Positions 51,183 through 60,667 of a DNA stretch of 64,000 nucleotides are shown here, one piece after another. The DNA comes from Promethearchaeota archaeon (GTDB lineage Archaea > Asgardarchaeota > Lokiarchaeia > Sigyniarchaeales > SOKP01): the NCBI GenBank assembly GCA_019058245.1, contig JAHPZJ010000006.1:32001-96000 (forward strand), written 5' to 3'. A model generated the notes under the pieces. That model was not told the DNA's origin. It did not search any database and was given only the letters and a program-made list of their open reading frames with translations. A program made the position numbers and the translations under genes. Position 1 is the first letter of the stretch. Each line of letters opens with the position of its first letter.

Positions 51183-51947
51183 ATGGATAATAAAATCCCT
51201 AGAATAATGGATGGAGTAGGTCCCTTCTTTTTTGAAGGGAATAAAATAGGGATTATAATGGTTCATGGGGGAGGAGGAGGAACATGTGCAGATTTAAAAC
51301 CTCTAGCGGAAGATCTAAATAGAAATGGGGGATATACGATCAGTATTCCATTACTCCCTGGCTTTGGTACCAAACCAGAAGATTTAAAAGAAATTACTAT
51401 TGAAGAATGGAAATCAGCTTCAGAAAAAGAATTGCATAAATTAATGATTAACTGCGACAGAATTATCGCAGGGGGTCATTCTATGGGGGGGCTTTTGACT
51501 TTGATTTTAGCAAGCCATTATAGTTTTGATGGTATTTTTACTATTAGCACTCCGGCAGGATTTCAATCTTTTCTAATCTATTTGGTACCTTTCTTTAATA
51601 TATTTTTAAAATATTATAAAGTAAATTCTGAACAATTTAAAAAAGATACAAAGGGAAAATGGGTTGGATATGATAAAATTCCTTTAAATATTGGTTTAAA
51701 AGTAAAGAAATTATTGAAGGAGATGAAGAAATCTTTAAATATGATAAATTGTCCTATACTATTATTTCAAGGAAGATTAGATACTGTAATAAAAAAAAAT
51801 AGTATGGACTATATCTTTAGTAAAGTAGCTTCAAACACCAAAAAGAAAATTTGGTTAGAACATAATTCGCATCCAATATTAAATAGTCCAGATCATAGCC
51901 AAATTGTTTCAGAAATTCATAATTTCATCAGCAAAATTTGTCCTTAA
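51183..51947 (+). CDS. Carboxylesterase / monoacylglycerol lipase-like alpha/beta hydrolase
   Basis: PFFFEG, LPGFG, GHSMGG, QG..D, NSH triad spacing. Confidence 0.88.
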   Translation: MDNKIPRIMDGVGPFFFEGNKIGIIMVHGGGGGTCADLKPLAEDLNRNGGYTISIPLLPGFGTKPEDLKEITIEEWKSASEKELHKLMINCDRIIAGGHSMGGLLTLILASHYSFDGIFTISTPAGFQSFLIYLVPFFNIFLKYYKVNSEQFKKDTKGKWVGYDKIPLNIGLKVKKLLKEMKKSLNMINCPILLFQGRLDTVIKKNSMDYIFSKVASNTKKKIWLEHNSHPILNSPDHSQIVSEIHNFISKICP

Positions 51948-52036
51948 ATTATATATTTATACTTTAATTACTTAAAATATCGAAGAATAGATTAAACAAC
52001 ATATTTGAATTAATTTAAATATAAGAGGAAACACTT

Positions 52037-53260
52037 ATGATTAAGAATATAGAAAAGGGGCATACTTTATTAGTAATAGGGCCAGCACGAATAACACTAT
52101 TAGAAGGTAAAATCGATGTCTTCGGAAAGATTTTTCTCCCCGAAAAAGAAAAATCATCTCCAGAATTAAATGATGAAAGTGTTTTAATAGTTCCTAGTGC
52201 TCAAAGTTATCCAATCTTTTCTATTGACGATTCAAAATTAGAAGTGTATACTAATTTTAAGGAAAATCTTATAGAAATTGAAGAAAATTCAATTTCCCCT
52301 AAATGGATTGAAATTAAAGATGCAATCATAAAAGATATGACTCAAAATCCTAATATTCCTTTAAAGATAATGGTTTTAGGAATCAGTAGTGGAAAAACTA
52401 CATTTATTAAATATCTCGCAAACAATCTACATAAAGTCGGATTGAAGGGAGGGTATCTAGATTCTGATTTAGGGCAACAGATTATATATATTCCCACAAC
52501 AATAAATATAGGAACCATTAATGATTATATTGTATCAAGTGAAGATGTTAACTCTGAAAAAACAGTATTTATTGGTGCTACCTTTCCTAAGGGTAATAAT
52601 AAGTTTATTATATCAATTTCATGTAGAGATTTAATAAATAATTTTATTAGAAAGAATAAAGATATTCAGTTTGTATTAATTGATACAGATGGATGGATAA
52701 AAACGGAAGCAGGGATTATATATAAAAATTTTTTTATTAAAACAATAGACCCAGACATTTTAATTGTGTTTCATAATGAAACTGTTGAGGAATTAGAAGA
52801 AATTGAAAAAACTTATTCAAGCTTAAGAAAAGATAGGAAAATGTTTATAATTAAGGAGGAAAATAAATATTATCATGAAAAAAATAAGGACGAGAGGAGA
52901 TTCTTACGTCAAAGTCAGTTTTCTAAGAAATTTGAGGAGTTTAGAAAAATTTCGATCCCTTTAAATGATATGGTATTTATAAAGAAAGATTATAATAAAG
53001 AAAAAGATGAAATTGTCGAGATGGAAATTAAAATTAATGACCTTCTAAATCTTCCTTATCATTATGTAATAATCGGTTTGATGACTGAATCTTCTGAATT
53101 AATAGAAATAGGTCTTCTTTTTACTATTAACCCCGAAAAAAATTATATCTTATTATACTCAGATTTAACTTATAAGGAACAAATAAAAATAAAAAAGATT
53201 TTTCTAGGTTCCCTCAGATTATCCACAAAAGGAAATCATCAAGGATATCTATATCTTTAA
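52037..53260 (+). CDS. Clp1/Nol9-family polynucleotide 5'-kinase
   Basis: N-terminal GPARI.LLEG...VFG; GKTT; DSDLGQ; DTDGW; RRFLR clasp. Confidence 0.85.
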   Translation: MIKNIEKGHTLLVIGPARITLLEGKIDVFGKIFLPEKEKSSPELNDESVLIVPSAQSYPIFSIDDSKLEVYTNFKENLIEIEENSISPKWIEIKDAIIKDMTQNPNIPLKIMVLGISSGKTTFIKYLANNLHKVGLKGGYLDSDLGQQIIYIPTTINIGTINDYIVSSEDVNSEKTVFIGATFPKGNNKFIISISCRDLINNFIRKNKDIQFVLIDTDGWIKTEAGIIYKNFFIKTIDPDILIVFHNETVEELEEIEKTYSSLRKDRKMFIIKEENKYYHEKNKDERRFLRQSQFSKKFEEFRKISIPLNDMVFIKKDYNKEKDEIVEMEIKINDLLNLPYHYVIIGLMTESSELIEIGLLFTINPEKNYILLYSDLTYKEQIKIKKIFLGSLRLSTKGNHQGYLYL

Positions 53261-53355
53261 CATAAAATTTTTATGAATCTAAATTATATTTTCAAAAATT
53301 ATTTTTATGCTATTAAGACTAATTTTTTTAAATTGAAGCATAATTATAATAATCT

Positions 53356-54798
53356 ATGGTGGATGAGAATCTTCACACAAAGTTCCTTAAATTAATGTCT
53401 TCTAAAGTCACAGATTCAGATTTAGAATTAGTTAATTTAGGAAAATCGTTAGGATTAGATTTAGTATCTTTTGCTGATTTGAGAGCTTCACAAGAAGATA
53501 ATTTTGTTGATCAAGTAAGATATAAAGCTCTGGAGAGGATGCAAATAGATAAAGATAATGTTTTAGATAATACTGATTCATTTTACGCTGGGAGCATTGA
53601 TTTCATGGTATCTGAAGAACCTGAAGGGAAAAAGTTTTTTCTTTTAGAAACTAATGGAGGATCTCACAGAGGTCTTTCAATAATTACTGAAAAACAGCAA
53701 ACTCTTTTATATAATGGATATCTTGAAGCTATTTTACAAGCAGTAAGGAATAATATGAATACAAATGAAAAAGTATTTGTTTTAATTGGTGTACCGATAA
53801 ATGATGGTCTAATTCATGAAAAGGTTATAATGCTAGAATATTTACGAAAAACACTTAAATCTCACAGTTATACTGTGAAGATTTTTAATACTGACAATTA
53901 TGACAGAAATTTTAGAGCGGAAATTGTGTTTTTAATAGCAGATTATAAACAATTATCCCATTCACTTTCATTTTTAAATAATTGGATTAAATTTAAAGGA
54001 GATAAGGTTCATGTGTTAATAGGAGATGGTATTGCAAGACGTTTTAAGGATAAAAAATTCTCAAAACTCATTGTGGAAGATTTTCGTAAAATTAAATCTA
54101 TCATTGTCAACCCGATTTTTAGAATAACCGATGATAAATCTTTCACGTATTTAGCTAGCTATTTTAGTAAGGTTCTACTTAAAAAGTACAATCTACGATA
54201 CCTTTTATTTACTAAAGCATTTTCAGAAAAGGAGTTGATAGAAAAACTGGAATATCTCATAGAAAAGTACCAAAAACCTTTTATTATTAAACCTAGTGGA
54301 GGATCAGGAGGTGCTGGAGTTATGCCAATTTCTAAGAATGAAGATTCAGCTAGTATAAAAAAAATTATAGATAAGAGTAAGAAAGAATTTTTTGCTAAAT
54401 TTATGAAAGACCGTAATCCTTACCCATATACAATACAAGAAATGGCTAATTTTAATATTATAAAATGGAAAGATGAAGGTCACACCTATGACATAAGGCT
54501 TTATCTGGCTCAAAGAGAAGGTTTGGTTATACCAATTGGAGGATTAGCTAGAATTGCTCGAGGTGAATATCATGGTACTTTAAATAAACAAGAGTTTGTT
54601 GTAAATTTATCTGGTTATAATGGTCAGATAGAAGTTGAACGTGGACTAGGTTTTTCAAAAAGAAATAGTGAAATTTTAGATTTAAGTTTGGATGATTTTG
54701 TAAATATGTCATGTATCGGTTGTACATTATTTACAAATATTGTAAAGAATTATAATAAAATCATTAACTTCTCAGATTGGAGTAAAATAATCGATTGA
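53356..54798 (+). CDS. Circularly permuted ATP-grasp amide/peptide ligase
   Basis: GSIDF...LLETN (D82/E98/N100) lies N-terminal to DDK (K261), IIKPSGGSGGAGV (K312), IQE, YDIRLY, ARIA and VVNLS. Confidence 0.8.
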   Translation: MVDENLHTKFLKLMSSKVTDSDLELVNLGKSLGLDLVSFADLRASQEDNFVDQVRYKALERMQIDKDNVLDNTDSFYAGSIDFMVSEEPEGKKFFLLETNGGSHRGLSIITEKQQTLLYNGYLEAILQAVRNNMNTNEKVFVLIGVPINDGLIHEKVIMLEYLRKTLKSHSYTVKIFNTDNYDRNFRAEIVFLIADYKQLSHSLSFLNNWIKFKGDKVHVLIGDGIARRFKDKKFSKLIVEDFRKIKSIIVNPIFRITDDKSFTYLASYFSKVLLKKYNLRYLLFTKAFSEKELIEKLEYLIEKYQKPFIIKPSGGSGGAGVMPISKNEDSASIKKIIDKSKKEFFAKFMKDRNPYPYTIQEMANFNIIKWKDEGHTYDIRLYLAQREGLVIPIGGLARIARGEYHGTLNKQEFVVNLSGYNGQIEVERGLGFSKRNSEILDLSLDDFVNMSCIGCTLFTNIVKNYNKIINFSDWSKIID

Positions 54799-54799
54799 A

Positions 54800-55954
54800 A
54801 TGAAGCTTGAAACACTAAAAGCATTATTAGATATTTCCAACCGGAATATTTTATATAATGAAATTCTAAATGAACTAGAATTGGTTAATAATGTAGATTA
54901 TGTAAATTACCAGAAATTTAAAATCTCTGAAGGTATAATTCCTCTAATTAAGATAGCAGATAATTCCAAATTTGAAGAAATAAAGCATGTAAAAATTTTT
55001 ATTGGGGCACAGCATAATGAATATAATGGTCTTTTTAGTATATTGAAATTCTTTCAATTATTACGAGAAGGAAAAGCTAAAATAAATGAATTTTTGAGAA
55101 GAGATCAAATCATCTTTTTTTTCCCAATATTGAATCCTTATGGATTTTTGAATCCAAAAAGAGAAAATAAATCTGGTTATTATTTGAAAAATGGTACAAA
55201 TCTAAATAGATTTTGGCGTAGAGCATTCGCTCCTGAATATCAAAATGGAATGACTGATTTGAATGAATTTTCAACACCCGAACAAGTCTTTATTGTGAAG
55301 AATCTACTTCAAAAATATTGGAATAATGAAAACATTAATTTATATATATTAGACATGCATGAAACTTCTTTATTGGAAAGATTTCCAATTGAGTTAAGTG
55401 AAAAATTAAGTTTATCGTATAAGTTTGATCATTGGTTAAAAGAGGGTATAATTTTAAATGTAATAAATTTATATGGTATCCCTCATAATCAGAAACCATT
55501 GTTTATCAAAAAAAATCCTTCTTTGGATCATAGATACCTAAATCTGACTCAGAAACAACTTGAATTGGTTTTTGAAAAACTTCATGAATATTTACTAAGA
55601 AATAGAGGAAAATTGCCTTTTTATTTTTGTTATAGTAACAAGAGTAAAGAGTACTGCCTAAAACTTGCTAATATAGTATATAATAAATTAAAAGAAAAAC
55701 TAAGGGAAACTTATTTCACCGCATTTAGCCATAGTTTTATAAATCATGGATGCTTTGTAAGAATGAGTGATGCTACTTCCCGTCCTAAAATATTCTCTAT
55801 GGAATTAGAGTCCCAGAAACATTTCTTTAACATTTTTGAAGAAATACAAAAATCAGAATTAGATCCTAATTATTTTAAAAATAAACTTAATCTTATAAAT
55901 GTAAGTATAGAATTAGCCCTCGAAACTATTAAAACAATGATAGAGTTAGTTTAG
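54800..55954 (+). CDS. M14 family Zn-carboxypeptidase (AstE/AspA-like)
   Basis: GAQHNE (HxxE), NPYG, NLNRFW, LDMHE, SMELE (putative catalytic Glu). Confidence 0.8.
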   Translation: MKLETLKALLDISNRNILYNEILNELELVNNVDYVNYQKFKISEGIIPLIKIADNSKFEEIKHVKIFIGAQHNEYNGLFSILKFFQLLREGKAKINEFLRRDQIIFFFPILNPYGFLNPKRENKSGYYLKNGTNLNRFWRRAFAPEYQNGMTDLNEFSTPEQVFIVKNLLQKYWNNENINLYILDMHETSLLERFPIELSEKLSLSYKFDHWLKEGIILNVINLYGIPHNQKPLFIKKNPSLDHRYLNLTQKQLELVFEKLHEYLLRNRGKLPFYFCYSNKSKEYCLKLANIVYNKLKEKLRETYFTAFSHSFINHGCFVRMSDATSRPKIFSMELESQKHFFNIFEEIQKSELDPNYFKNKLNLINVSIELALETIKTMIELV

Positions 55955-55990
55955 TTTCTAAACAATAATAAAATAAAATATTTGATAAAA

Positions 55991-56998
55991 TTACGAATTA
56001 ATAAAATTTAGAGTTGCTCCTACTAAAACACATTCATTTTTTTTCTGTGAGTGCCCACCTTTTTTCAAAACTAATAAATTCTGTGATGGAGAATTTAAGA
56101 TCATTTGATTTTCTCTAAAATTTTTAAATTTAATTACTTTATCATTTTTACAATGGATTAACATAACCTTTTTTGATATTTGATTCCAATCTTCAGTAGA
56201 TAATTCTTTTTGAGTATTTTGAAATAATAAATAAGGTGATAATTTAATATTATCTTCTTCTTTTGGAAAAAGTCTAACTCCTTTTATTAAGTAACTCAAC
56301 ATAACTATAGGATTATATTTTGGTATGTTTTGTTTATAATGAGACATTGAAGAAATTGCTATAATTTTTTCAATTTTTTTATTTAAAAAACCTCCAGCTA
56401 AAGCAGTTATCCCCCCAATACTAAATCCTACACAATATATTTTAACATTTGAAAATTCTTCTTTACTTTGCACCCATTCGATTATTTCTTGAAAATCTTC
56501 AATTCTTTTTAAAAATTCACTCCTTTTCCCTATTTTTTTTGATTTTCCTGTACCTCTAGCATCATAGGCAAGAATTATATAACCCTGAAGGGCTAGAGGA
56601 AAATAAAAATATTCAAGTTTTTCATTTGTATCTGAAAAACCATGACAAACTATAATTAAAGCATTAGTAGAACTAATTATTGATTTATTATGATTTTTTA
56701 CCAGATTTCCAAATATAAATCCATCAGAAACATTTATTTTTATGGTTGTTACTTCTAAATCCTTTTGATAAAGTCTTTTCCAACGATCAAACCAGAGATC
56801 TCTAAAAGAAAAATAAATCTCAAAGGGAGTATACACGATTAGAAAGGTAGTTACTGATAAAATAAAACATCTTGAAAAAGCAGTTGTATAGCATGGATTT
56901 CCTAACCAAATATTTACTTCCCAGATATACCAGCTAAACAATATATCAATGACTATTATAATAATACGTTTATATGTATTTGAAAGCAAATTTTTCAA
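55991..56998 (-). CDS. Membrane-anchored alpha/beta hydrolase
   Basis: Two N-terminal TM helices; HGF, YDARG.G.S, GFSIGG, ND, GGH. Confidence 0.85.
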   Translation of the reverse strand: MKNLLSNTYKRIIIIVIDILFSWYIWEVNIWLGNPCYTTAFSRCFILSVTTFLIVYTPFEIYFSFRDLWFDRWKRLYQKDLEVTTIKINVSDGFIFGNLVKNHNKSIISSTNALIIVCHGFSDTNEKLEYFYFPLALQGYIILAYDARGTGKSKKIGKRSEFLKRIEDFQEIIEWVQSKEEFSNVKIYCVGFSIGGITALAGGFLNKKIEKIIAISSMSHYKQNIPKYNPIVMLSYLIKGVRLFPKEEDNIKLSPYLLFQNTQKELSTEDWNQISKKVMLIHCKNDKVIKFKNFRENQMILNSPSQNLLVLKKGGHSQKKNECVLVGATLNFINS

Positions 56999-57054
56999 CT
57001 AAATAATATAATCAGATAAAATTTAACCGATAAAATAATAAAAAAATAAAAATT

Positions 57055-57381
57055 TTATGGCTTTTTTGGTTTCGGACACCCATGATCATGGGCGACTTTA
57101 CAATCTGGTTTACTTCTTAATCCGGGACAAGGTTTACATTTTACTTCACGTAGCAGTTTAACAACATCATCAATTTCCATTCCAAATTCTTCATCCTCCG
57201 TCTCATCAGCAACCATTTCATCATCTTCAGGAATTTCATAAATAACATCTTCTTCTAAATCATCTTTCCACTCATTCAGATCCAAAACTTCATCTCCATC
57301 TTCGTCCGTTTTTCCATTTGGAACTTCATAATCCTCCTCTTTATCTGAAGCGGTCTTTTTTAGGGTCTTTTTTTTAGCCAT
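57055..57381 (-). CDS. Small protein: basic N-terminus, long Asp/Glu tract, C-terminal Cys cluster
   Basis: MAKKKTLKK..., D/E-rich centre, CKPC-x8-C-x7-C; GTGAG SD-like site upstream. Confidence 0.75.
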   Translation of the reverse strand: MAKKKTLKKTASDKEEDYEVPNGKTDEDGDEVLDLNEWKDDLEEDVIYEIPEDDEMVADETEDEEFGMEIDDVVKLLREVKCKPCPGLRSKPDCKVAHDHGCPKPKKP

Positions 57382-57490
57382 AGTTATTACTCACGATTGT
57401 TATTGATTTGTATCTATCATATTTTAAATATATAATCTTTACTAAAATTTATTTTTAATTCGATTTTCTATTAAAAATTATTGATTTATA

Positions 57491-59593
57491 TTATCGATTT
57501 ATTAAAAATTTTTTTTCAATATCTTCTATTTGTTTTAATATACCAGCATTTTTATGAAACTGGTTATAAAGTATTTTAATTTTTATCAAAATAGAATCTA
57601 ATTCATCTAATGAATAAAGCTCAAAATTTTGTACATCGAAACGAGGTATTAAGAATTTAACTGGAATTGTTTGAGGATCAATTTTTAATTTGAATAATTC
57701 TCTTAAAATGTTGTAATCTAAATTAGACTTTAAATATAATTCATCTAAAAACAATAAATTTACTAAAGAATTGCTCAATTTTATAAAAAACTTAAGGATT
57801 GCATTTAGTTGATTACGATATTTGTTATCAAACCTTTCAAATTCAGAATTGATTATAATTTTGAAATCATTTGAGTTAAAATCATATCTTAATTGAGAAA
57901 TAAGTTGTATAATTTTTCCTAATTGTGATAATATCATAGGAATTTTTCCTGGTAAGGGTAATCTCTTAATAAAACTTCCATTAAATCGCAAATATCCTCC
58001 TGACATGTGTAAAGTACCAAAAAGTGTTTTAAACACCAGATCTAATACGTTTGAATTAAGAATTGTTAACAATCCAAATAATTGATCAGTGTTGAATGAA
58101 GCAATTTTTATAAAATAGAGACCCGTTATATTAGTGAATATCCCTGGATCATAATAACAGGTTAAATCTTTCGCAATTTCCCTAAAGATTAGTTTTTCAC
58201 AGGCAATTTCGTTCCAAATATGATCAAAATTATTATTATAATTAAAGTATGAAATTTTGATATCTTTTCCAGCAATTTTTATTCTTTTATTAAATTTAAT
58301 ATAATATTTTTCAATATTGCCTGTTCCAATTAATAACAAATCATTATCTGATTGAGGTTCATCACTTATATTGTCAAAATATTTCCTATATTTTAAAAAA
58401 CCAAAAGGTCGATATATTATTTTTAAATCTTTATAGGTGTCAGAAAAGGTTTTATAGTTATTAAATAAATATGCTACTAAATTTATATTTCCTGAAATTG
58501 GAATTACATTAGACGGAAATTTCTGAATTAAATCTTGATAAACTTTTTTAACTTTAATTCTGTTATTTTCAATTAAATCATTTATATTATTTATATTTTT
58601 AATTTTTATCTCTTGGTTCTTGCTTTGACCATTCTTTTTAAAAGACAATATTATAGGATATGTGGCCGTGTTTTGAAATATGAGTAAAGATGAAATATTT
58701 ATAATTTCTTTAATATTGGATTCATTCAATAATAACTTTCTGATTTTAACGCCATAATCTGCGGATAAAAATTTATTAGGCAGAATAAGTGAGAGAGAAC
58801 CGTTATTATTCAATAATTGTAAGGATCTCTCAATAAAAATTATAGAAAGGTCATATAAACGATAAGCAGTTTTATATCTATCTCTAATCTTTTTCTTAAA
58901 TTCTAAATCTTTTATCTTTTTATTTTCAATATAAGGAGGATTTCCAACTATTATATCGAATTTTTCAGATCTAAATTCTAAAAGATAATCCAGATTGAAA
59001 AGATTAAATTTAAGAGCAGATTTTTCAATAATCTGGTCAAGAATTATTGTGTTAAAATCCTCAATGACTATATTACGAAGGAAAAATTTATCCACATTAG
59101 AAGAGAGCACCCATTTAAATAACCTTAATTTTGAGACAATAAGAGCAGAATTATCAATTTCAATTCCATAAAGATTATTTTGAATTATTGTTTTTTTTAT
59201 ATTGAAATCAGATAATTTAGGATAAATAATTCTATAAATTTGATATAATTTTTCTGCAACAGATATTAAAAATCTCCCAGAACCGCAAGATGGATCTAAG
59301 ATCCTGATATTATTAATTATTTTGGTAAAGGTTTTATTAAATTTCTGATTATTGTTAAATAAATGAGCAATCCTTTCTAAATTTAGTTCTCCTTTAGTTT
59401 TATTTTGATAATTCAAGATCTCTTCAAAATGTATTCTGAAAATGTTAGATACGATATAATCTACAAGCTGCTTAGGGGTATAAATTATTCCAAGATTACG
59501 ATTCTCATCCTTCTCGAGAAATTTTTCATTTTCAAATCTCTCAATCTTTTGCTCTATTAAACGGTACATTTCTCGAGTAAATGATTCTTCCAT
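57491..59593 (-). CDS. N6-adenine DNA methyltransferase (Eco57I/TaqI-like, gamma class)
   Basis: YTP, ILDPSCGSG.F, GIEID, FDIIVGNPPY, C-terminal TaqI_C-like LNS...GGY....LP.P. Confidence 0.9.
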   Translation of the reverse strand: MEESFTREMYRLIEQKIERFENEKFLEKDENRNLGIIYTPKQLVDYIVSNIFRIHFEEILNYQNKTKGELNLERIAHLFNNNQKFNKTFTKIINNIRILDPSCGSGRFLISVAEKLYQIYRIIYPKLSDFNIKKTIIQNNLYGIEIDNSALIVSKLRLFKWVLSSNVDKFFLRNIVIEDFNTIILDQIIEKSALKFNLFNLDYLLEFRSEKFDIIVGNPPYIENKKIKDLEFKKKIRDRYKTAYRLYDLSIIFIERSLQLLNNNGSLSLILPNKFLSADYGVKIRKLLLNESNIKEIINISSLLIFQNTATYPIILSFKKNGQSKNQEIKIKNINNINDLIENNRIKVKKVYQDLIQKFPSNVIPISGNINLVAYLFNNYKTFSDTYKDLKIIYRPFGFLKYRKYFDNISDEPQSDNDLLLIGTGNIEKYYIKFNKRIKIAGKDIKISYFNYNNNFDHIWNEIACEKLIFREIAKDLTCYYDPGIFTNITGLYFIKIASFNTDQLFGLLTILNSNVLDLVFKTLFGTLHMSGGYLRFNGSFIKRLPLPGKIPMILSQLGKIIQLISQLRYDFNSNDFKIIINSEFERFDNKYRNQLNAILKFFIKLSNSLVNLLFLDELYLKSNLDYNILRELFKLKIDPQTIPVKFLIPRFDVQNFELYSLDELDSILIKIKILYNQFHKNAGILKQIEDIEKKFLINR

Positions 59594-59698
59594 CAGAATT
59601 TAACCAATAATTAAAATTCTTTATTTATAAAAACGATAAAGACTATAATAAAAATGATGTAATTTATATAAAAAACAAAACTTTGGATCAATTCAAGT

Positions 59699-60598
59699 TT
59701 GAATGAAATTGATAAATCATTTCTAAATGATATAATAAAAAATCCACATAAAATATCTGAGATAGAATTTGATAAGATATTACAGATATTAAGGACAGTT
59801 AAAAACATTTTAGATGAAGAATATTTACTTCTAAAATTCAAAATAAAGGAAGAGATTGAGGAAGTTTATGTAATAGGAGATATTCATGGAAATTTAAATA
59901 GTTTAATGAGACTGATAGATATAATCAATAAAAACAATCCAAAATTAGTTATTTTCTTAGGAGATATAGTTGATCGTGGACCAAAACAATTAGAATGTTT
60001 GTTAATAGTTCTTATTTTAAAGATACTTTTCCCTTTAAAATATTATATATTGAGAGGAAATCATGAGACCTTAGAAATGAATGAGTATTATGGTTTTCTT
60101 AGAGATTTTAATTTAAGATTTAAGAATATTAATAAATTTAATGAAATATTGAACATTTATAACTTTCTTCCAATATGTTCTTTAATTAATGGGGGCATTT
60201 TATGTTTACACGGTGGAATTCCGAAAGACACCGAAATTATCAAAAAATTACAAGGTCAAAAATGTAAAAATTTGAAACTAATATTCAATTCAGTCGCACA
60301 AAGTATATATCAAATTATGTGGAATGACCCTAAAACTGAATTAAATGGTTTTTCTGACAGTTTTAGAGGTCCAGGAATCTTTTTTTTTGGATATGATGTT
60401 TTTGAAAATTTTATGGAGGTAAATGATCTGAAGTATCTTATTAGAGCACATGAATGTTTTCCAGAAGGGTTCAAATGGTTTTTCAACAAAAGATTGTTAT
60501 CAATATTTTCTTCTGCTGATTATAGAGGATTTTACCACCCAAATCCTGCTTCTTATGCAATAATTAAAAATAATGAAGTAATTCCAAAACTCATATAA
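59699..60598 (+). CDS. PPP-family Ser/Thr protein phosphatase (PP1/PP2A-like)
   Basis: GDIHG, GDIVDRG, RGNHE, HGG, WNDP, RG, RAHE, FSSADY. Confidence 0.93.
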   Translation: MNEIDKSFLNDIIKNPHKISEIEFDKILQILRTVKNILDEEYLLLKFKIKEEIEEVYVIGDIHGNLNSLMRLIDIINKNNPKLVIFLGDIVDRGPKQLECLLIVLILKILFPLKYYILRGNHETLEMNEYYGFLRDFNLRFKNINKFNEILNIYNFLPICSLINGGILCLHGGIPKDTEIIKKLQGQKCKNLKLIFNSVAQSIYQIMWNDPKTELNGFSDSFRGPGIFFFGYDVFENFMEVNDLKYLIRAHECFPEGFKWFFNKRLLSIFSSADYRGFYHPNPASYAIIKNNEVIPKLI

Positions 60599-60667
60599 TT
60601 AGAAATGGAAAATGTATTTCTATACTTTTACTTTTCAATCATTTATGTGTATTATTATTCTTTGTAT

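Noticed and set aside
2097-59841. Short antisense/overlapping ORFs in the track (e.g. 2097, 7233, 7824, 9599, 10119, 13629, 14033, 14805, 17891, 18656, 29052, 30228, 30352, 31153, 31945, 32371, 32932, 33391, 34701, 37580, 41895, 42820, 59611)
   Set aside because: Almost all are shadows of well-supported genes on the opposite strand; none has a recognisable motif.
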